From Eledone cirrhosa (Eukaryota): a DNA stretch of 64,000 bases. Below the pieces are notes generated by a model. That model was not told where the DNA came from. It made no database searches and was given only the letters and a program-made list of their open reading frames with translations. Made by a program: the position numbers and the translations under genes. This document shows positions 56,538-64,000 of the stretch, in pieces. Position 1 is the stretch's first letter, and each line of letters starts with the position of its first letter. The stretch spans positions 61,194,001 to 61,258,000 of the forward strand of contig OZ024743.1 of NCBI GenBank assembly GCA_964016885.1. The letters run 5' to 3'.

Positions 56538-56979
56538 CTTTTAAAAGTGTAGTTACAAAGGGGTCCACAATTGAATGGGAAATGGATTTGGATGTATCAT
56601 CATTAAAGGATCTAATATGGAAAGAAACAAATAAATTGTGTTGTTCAGTTTCAAAAGATCCAGTATTGAAAGAGAAAATGGATGTAATCAAATTCAGTAA
56701 ACAACCAAGAGAGAGAAAGGTGGAAGGAGAGAATATGCTTTTTGTGATTTTGTATGGTGTGTACGTGTAAATATATATTTACGTGTGTTGGATGTATTTC
56801 ACGAGATCACATACATTCCACACTCTGTCCTTACTGACAAACACTTCTGTAGAACCTGTGTTGAACTTCATGCATGCAGAAGTATGAATGTTTTTGTGCA
56901 TCTATGTATAGATGAATAAATAGATTAGAGAGCAAGGTCGCATTCACACACATACGCTCACAAATAGATAGATAGATAA

Positions 56980-57026
<47 letters not shown>

Positions 57027-57029
<3 letters not shown>

Positions 57030-57104
57030 TTCTTTATTAGCCACAAGGGCGCAACAAGAAAGGGGACAATACAAAGACATGCCGGGGATTTTACATACAG
57101 TCGT
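57027..57104 (-). mobile_element. Tx1-related 3' end inserted in (GATA)n
   Basis: Reverse complement tatgtaaaatcccc..ttgtcccct..gcccttgtggctaataaagaaatc matches 23535-23613. Confidence 0.75.
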
Positions 57105-57184
<80 letters not shown>

Positions 57185-58610
57185 CCTATCACAACAATAA
57201 CATGAATGCAATAACAATGTAGCCATCGGCAACAGTCTAGTGTTACATAATAAAACTTCAGCAGACTTTACTGACTAAATTTTTGGATTACGTGTTAAAT
57301 ACTTTCTTTGCCCCAGGGAAAGTCCTGCATTCCAAAATGTTTGCTTAAACCTTTTGATACTAAATCTCCTTGTGTATTTTAAAGCTTTCATATTTATCTA
57401 AAACTTTACCATCATATTTTTATGTAAAAGCCTTTCTTAAGTTATGTTCCAAACACCAGCTTAATAATGACAAGATTTATAACACTACTAAAACCCTTCA
57501 AATTTTTGATTATTTTCAAAAACCTTTCAAAATAATATGCAATTCTCATTAGAAATATGGTAACAAAAATGTAAAGGAATTAGCAATAGAATTTACAGGT
57601 GTACATGTAAATTTATTAAAAATAAAAGATTTTGTAGATATTAATATATAGCTAATTTTGCTTTCATTCTTTCGAGTTCGATAAATAGAATATCAGCTGT
57701 ATTGGTTGAATTTTTAAGCAGTCGCGGACGAGGCTTTGTGTTAGCTGTCAGGATCTGCGCGTTTTGAGCTTAAATCCCGCCATAGTCAACTTTACCTTTC
57801 TCCCTTTCGGGGTCGATAAATAAATTACCATTCGAAGAAAGATGGATTAGCGGAATTGTTAAAGGGCCAGACAAGATGCTATACGATACCCGATCCAGCT
57901 CTTTGTGTTCTGAATTCAAAACCATCTCTATTTGCTGGAGGTTACGACCAGCAGATGCTATCAGCAATGAAAAGGCCCATGGAAACATTGTTTCCTTGGT
58001 TCAATCTGACGATCGGCTCCTTTCCTTTTTTCTACTAGTCGTTGAATGTTTCCACTTTAAAGTGGCGGCCCTCTGGTCAGGAGCAAGGCTGTAAAAAGAA
58101 GAGAGGAACAAATGAGAGTATCTTATTTTCATAATCTATGGAATAACCATTCACCCTCAATGTATTACGAATTTCTAGATTTTTATTGTACCATATTTTG
58201 TGATCATAGGTGGCATACGGATTATTGAGCCATGTTCTTTCTCCTAGAATCCATATTCAACTATAACTTGATCCAAGCTGCTCCAATAATAATAGGTATA
58301 AATAGTCCATAAGTACTTACTGAAAGCGACGAGGTGACAGAGCTGTTAAAACGTCGGTTCAGCTCTCTACGCTCTGAGTTCAAATACGGTCATGGTCATC
58401 GTTGCCTTTCATCCTTTCGAAGTCAATAAATAATGCGTCAGTCCAGTACTGATGTTGATGTTTTCTCTACATTTCTGTCTCTCTTCCTTTCTCTCTTTCT
58501 CTTACTCTCTCCTTTTCCATCTTCCCTTACTTTCTCTTTATTCCTTTCTCTTAGTTTCTCTGGAAGAAATTGGATGTATCGTATGTCGTTTAAACTTCCC
58601 TGCGACTTAC

Positions 58611-58715
58611 GCAGGAGTTTAGTGCCCGTGGATTGATGAAAATAATCTTTTCTTGCTTCTGTATTTTTTGTTACCCCATTGGTGTCGAGTGGGCAGCAAA
58701 TTCCAGAAACAAAAC
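58611..58715 (-). CDS. Candidate 105-nt phase 1-1 exon
   Basis: (CTT)n..caacag|GTTTT...CTGC|gtaagt; open only in phase 1: FVSGICCPLDTNGVTKNTEARKDYFHQSTGTKLL. Confidence 0.3.
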
Positions 58716-59428
58716 CTGTTGTGTGGTCTCTAATCACAATAGAAGAAGAAGAAGAAGAAGAAGAAGAAGAAGAAGAAGAAGAAGAAGATTAATATGCGAA
58801 AAAAGTGGGGTTAAGAATGAGAAAAACATGGAAGAAATGAGTGAGAGAAGAATGAACCATTGACTGGAAACATGTGAGACGTGAACAGAGAAGAACGAAG
58901 GTGTACAGTATATATGTCTATCTGATTGTGTTTGTGCGTGTGCGTGACTATATATGTATGTGTAAACTGAGGATATCGGTTGAAGGTATAATGTGTCTAT
59001 GTGTGTGTGTGTGTGTGTGTATGTATGTGCGTGGCATGTATGCATGTCATGTTTAGCATGAATGTGTGTGTATGTGTAGTATGTATGTGTGTGGCCAACA
59101 CGTACATATATATGTATGCGAGTGTGTGTGTGTGTGTGTGTGTAGCATGTGTGTGCAACATGAACGTGCAACAAGTGTGTATCTGTGCACTCTTATGATA
59201 TAAAGCACGCGTTGTTATCTGTTGTCCACATAACATAACCATGAACGCTGTAGTTGTTGTTTCTGTTGTTGTTATTTCTGTTTTCGTTTTTATTGGTTTG
59301 TTGTTATTGATGACTAGACCACCCGTGGCCTGTTGGGTCACGTTCACTTAAAAGTATATTTTTTAAATCATGTTCCCTTAAAAATAATTTTTGAATAATT
59401 AAAATATACACAGACATCATGTTTATAA

Positions 59429-60720
59429 TCTACTTATATATATAACCAGCAATTTCTCTGTCTGTCTGTGCGACAGTGGAAACACGTGTGTAGAGAGAGA
59501 GTGAGAGTGAAAGAAAGAGACAGACTACGAGAGGGGGATAGCGGGAGGGAGAGGGGGAGAGAGATAGAGTGAATAGACGCTAAAACACGTGCTACAGAAA
59601 CATTACCTTCCCCTCTCCACTGACTTTGGTCACTGAGGCCGAGGGAATCGCTGGTTGCTATAGAGACACCTTGCACAAGCCAGAAGTAACCAGTTCGAGG
59701 CGGTTCTGACTTGACACCATGCGAAGAAGGTTGCCATTGAATTTGTGGTTGTTGCTGCTGATAATAAGGACCATTTGAAGAAGGTTGCTGCTGATGAGGT
59801 ACTTTATTAATCAGATTACGCAGTTCCATAACCTACGTTTGATTTGTTCAATTTTTTTCTTCAATTTTTGTTGTTGTTTTTTTTTTATTTCTTATTGAAA
59901 ACATATAAATAATAAAATAAGGTTAGAAATTTAAATACAATTAAATACGATTTAATTTCCATTTCCAGCAGCCAATGTCCAGTGTTCAATTTCATGAAAA
60001 ATTTGGAAATAATTCAAAAAATTGAAGTTTAACTTTTGAACATTTGTTTTGACAATAAAAAAATATTTCCTTATTCACACCTAATGGTATTATTAAAATT
60101 TCATAGGAATATTTTTTTCTAACCGCCAGTTATTTAAATATTATTAAAAATAAATTATTTTTTTTAAAAGAATGGAAGATTTTGTGGATTTTTTTACCAC
60201 CTTCCAAGCCTTAAACACTAATTCTCGCGAATTTGTGTTTTGTAATGACCCTCAGGACGCTGCTATTGTTGATTCCAATAGTGCCTGGTATTCGAATATG
60301 TTAGTATACAATTTTTTGAATAAAATAAAGGCGCAATTAGAGCTGCCAAACAAAATTTTTTTCGGCTTCGGCCCATATTATATATATATATAATGGGGAT
60401 GATGATGATGATATACATAGTTACATATGTATATGTAATCTCCTTATAATATATAACCAGCAATTTCTCTGTCTGTCTGTCCGACAGTGTAAACACGTGC
60501 GCGCGTGCGAATGTTTTTTGCGCACGCGTAGAGAGAGAGTGAGAGTGAAAGAAAGAGAAGACTACGAGAGGGGGATAGCGGGAGGGAGAGAGGGGGGAAT
60601 TGAGGAGTGCTACAGAAACATATATACATCTCTGTGTGTGTGTAATATATATATATATACACACACAGAAATATATATATATACACACAGAAATATATAT
60701 ACATTTCTGTGTGTGTAATA
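59429..60720 (+). mobile_element. Non-autonomous Helitron-like pieces (two similar 5' ends)
   Basis: tct..ttata..tataaccagcaatttctctgtctgtctgt at ~59429 and ~60440. Confidence 0.5.
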
Positions 60721-60760
60721 TATATATATATATACTAGCCGGTGGGTGGTTTTCTGCTAG

Positions 60761-61604
60761 TCTATATATATAAAACTGAGGATGTCTGTCTGTGTGTGTG
60801 GGAGTTTGAATCCCTAAAACTCGAAAACCACCCAACCGACTGTTTTCAAACTTTACACATGTAATACTTATGTTTGAGGGAGTGTTCTGAGCAAAAGAAA
60901 TTTCAAATTTTCAATGGCCTAGGAACCGCATTAGGCGATTTAGCAATCTATCTCTATAATTCTTAGTCTTTCTCTTTATAGATAGATACATACTTATAAC
61001 GTCGCGCCCTTATAATATCTGTCTGTATATCTTACTGTCTGCATTACGTCACTTCCCTGAGGATGTCGGTCTGTGTGTGTGTGTGTGAGTTTGAATCCCT
61101 AAAACTGAAGAAGTACCCAACCGACCTTTTTCAAACTTTACATGTGTATTACTTATGTTTCAACTTTTTGATCCCCTAAGGCCCGCATTAGGTGAAAAAC
61201 TGCGTTTTTTCACGTGTTTAGGGATTTTTTGAGGCGTTACGTCAGACTGATTTACTTAAAATTGTAACTATGTATTAGTCAGTCTCTTCTTCATACCGTG
61301 AGCAAAGAAAATACAACTTTTTTATGGCCTAGGGCATTAGGTGAAAAACTACATTTTTTCAACTTTTTAGGGCATATTATGCACATATTATGCACATAAA
61401 ACAATTCATTTTCTTGATCCCCTAGGTGAAAATCTGCATTTTTCCTGCTTCATCGAGGAAAATCTTAAAGATTATCCAGCCATCAGAGTATTCGGTTTAT
61501 TTTATTTACATATTGTCCAGGCATGCAGTTTTTCCACGATTAGGCCTGTTGGCGGCCCGCGTTCCAAAATACCTTATCCCAAGCAACGCCGGTACCACTG
61601 CTAG
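60761..61604 (+). mobile_element. Non-autonomous Helitron
   Basis: 5' TCtatatatataaaactgaggatgtctgtctg; 3' cccaagcaacgccgg..CTAG|T, similar to the 10925 end; internal partial duplication. Confidence 0.8.
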
Positions 61605-61614
61605 TGTAAAATAA

Positions 61615-62190
61615 AATTTAGGTTAGGAGGCTCGCTTCCCAGTCATTAGGTAATGGGTTCAATGCCACTACCTGACACCTAGGGCATATGTCATTTACTG
61701 TAGCGTTGGGTCAACCCAAGTCTCGAGAGTGAAATTGGGTAAACCGAAACTATTGTGAAGCCTAACGAATGGACTGTACCTGTAATTGAAAGGAGTCAGC
61801 CTTGTTATACACTGTGTCACCCACGATCTCTCTGAGAACTATGTTAAGGCTAAACATGTCTGTGGAATACTCATCCACTTACACTTACAGTAGAATGTTC
61901 CTGTAATTTAACCTTGTCACATGGTATCATGCTGAATCTCTCTGAGAACTATGTTTAGGGTATACATGTCTGTGGAATACTCAGCCACTTACACTATAAC
62001 ACTGTATGGACTGTACCTGTAATTGAAAGGGTCTGCCATGACACACTGTGTCACGCTGAATCTCCCTGAGAACTAGGTTAAGGGTACAAGTTTCTATGCA
62101 ATGCTCACTCACATGTTAATTGTATAAGCAGGCTGTTCCGTTGATCGAACAACGGGAATATCCCCCCTCGTAACGGACAGAAGCGCAACA
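61615..62190 (+). mobile_element. Diverged octopus-type SINE followed by ~3 tandem 3' segments
   Basis: gcttccc..gggttcaatgccact..cacctagggca; ctgagaacta..aggg..catgtctgtggaat repeated three times. Confidence 0.55.
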
Positions 62191-62494
62191 CACATAATTG
62201 TTGTGGTAATGTTTATTGTTGTTGTTGTTATAGTCCACCCCGTTTCCAGCCATGACCTTCCCATTTTTTTTTTCAGTTATAGTTTCCCTAGATTATATTA
62301 GTCAATGACTTTTCTTTTTAAAGCAGCAATATATGATATGATGTAGATTTGTCTGCTATTTCTTGCAAGGGGAGTGACCGCATAAAGCTTCGGCGTTGGT
62401 AATTCACTCAGTTGTAGGGCCTCCGTCGATTTTTACGAGGAGTGTTCAAGTTGTTCGACCAACGGATCAGCTAGCTTGGAAAATTAACGAATGG

Positions 62495-62621
62495 CAAGGG
62501 CCGTTCTGAGTTCAAATCCCGCCGAGGTTAACTTTGCCTTTCATCCTTACGGGGTCGATAAAATAAAGTACCAGTAATGTACTCGGTAATTGCTGGCCTT
62601 GTGCCAAAAGTAGAAATAATT
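62495..62621 (+). mobile_element. Partial SINE
   Basis: Same family as 11010-11200. Confidence 0.8.
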
Positions 62622-62779
62622 ATATATATATATAAGTTATTCCGGGTTGTCACTCTAAATATAAATTATAGCTTTAAAGGATTAGCTTTTAAAGAATTTC
62701 CTTCTCTTTCAACCAACGACCTCCACCCTCTCCTACCACCAGAAAAGATATAAATACCACCATTTTTACTTGGACAGTT

Positions 62780-62830
62780 AGCTTCCTGGTGATTTCTCAC
62801 GAATGAAACAGTTCTAGTCCTGTAGAAGCT
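62780..62830 (+). ncRNA. Type I hammerhead with A6G core change
   Basis: agcttc-CTGGTGA-t-ttc-tcac-gaa-t-GAAA-cag-ttctagtc-ctg-TA-gaagct. Confidence 0.65.
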
Positions 62831-63199
62831 CTTCTATACTAAAACTATATATATAATATATATATATGTATATATATATATATGTGTGGGTGTGTATGTA
62901 TATATATATATATGTGTGTGTGTGTGAGTGTGGTGTGTGAGTGTGGTGTGTGTTTGTGTGAGCGTGCGTAAACTATTTAATATTACGTGTGTATCTCCTC
63001 GGCACAACCTTAAATATTTACATACATCCGTATGTTTGTACATCTACATTTTGTCTTGTGTTTGCTTTTTAATGAAATAACATTTGTTGCCCGACAAATT
63101 GTTTCACGGAGTTTTGTGACATTACCTAGATGACAATTCAGCAATTAACGTTCTTTGTGTAGAAAATGTCACGTCGATAAGTATCTCATCATTATATAG

Positions 63200-63472
63200 T
63201 TACGGGGTCGATAAAATAAAGTACCAGTAATGCACTGGGTAATTGCTGGCCTTGTGCCTAAAGTAGAAACAATTATATATTTAAAAGCGGTGGATTGGCA
63301 GTATCGGTAGAGCGTCAGATACCATGTTTGCAGCACAGAGTTATGGCCCTTTATGTTCTGAGTTCAAATCTCGCCGAGGTTAACTTTGCCTTTCATCCTT
63401 ACGGGGTCGATAAAATAAAGCACCAGTAATGCACTGGGGTAATTGCTGGCCTTGTGCCAAAAGTAGAAACAT
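63200..63472 (+). mobile_element. SINE 3' fragment plus full SINE in tandem
   Basis: Same family as 11010-11200. Confidence 0.85.
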
Positions 63473-64000
63473 TTATGTAATTTTAAAAACAGTGGCAAAG
63501 TGTTTTATTCATATATACTGTATAATATAAATGACAATGCAGAAACGAATATGAAAGAGAATGAAAAGCAAAAAGAAAGCATTGAAAGAGGTGAGGAGTG
63601 ACAGACTCTACACCCCTGTTTGAGCAGTTAGCCAAGATATTGCCGCGGAGAATGGCAAGAGACACCCTATCTCAGAGAAGGAAGGAAGCTGGGATGGAAT
63701 AAATAATGGGAAAGAGAATTAAATAGCAAGTGATAGAGAGCGAGGGCGGTTCTTATGTCAACAGCAGGGCATTTCAGGAAAAGAAAGATAATGAGAAAAG
63801 GGGCAGATATATTGAGAATTATATTGAAATAAAGAGAATGAGCTAGTAATAAATGAAAGCGAATGAGGGAAAGGAACGGAGGCAAACACACATGTTGTTC
63901 AAGGATTAATGCTGGTTTTCATATTTTTGTTTGTTCAACATTTTTACATATCTCACGTAAGGTATGTAAAATTGTGTACCTTTTCAAAAGTTATTCAATG

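Overview
Repeat-dense, microsatellite-rich animal DNA. The SINE families point to an octopod cephalopod (inference). The window is probably intronic sequence of a minus-strand host gene, of which only a few small candidate exons are visible. Recognisable transposons: RTE-group LINEs (three lineages), a near full-length Tx1/L1 nested in an RTE 3' UTR, Penelope-like (Naiad-type RT + GIY-YIG) elements, an R4/Dong-like fragment, several Helitrons, a deleted mariner, MITE/hAT ends and many tRNA-derived SINEs. The main signal is non-coding. By eye I find about 20 type I hammerhead ribozyme motifs, 13 with an intact catalytic core and some with the compensatory U3-A8 core. They sit in a dozen or more divergent, ORF-less elements inserted in (TA)n. 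These elements occur either as head-to-head fold-backs with one tailed arm or as 1.3-1.6-mer direct repeats of a 467-481 bp unit. Several families share a covarying 3' tail hairpin (RCTC-TR-N5-10-YA-TH-GAGY) next to the inversion breakpoint. Together this looks like a Penelope-mobilised, retrozyme-like system. All calls were made by eye without database searches; coordinates are hand-counted and element ends are approximate.
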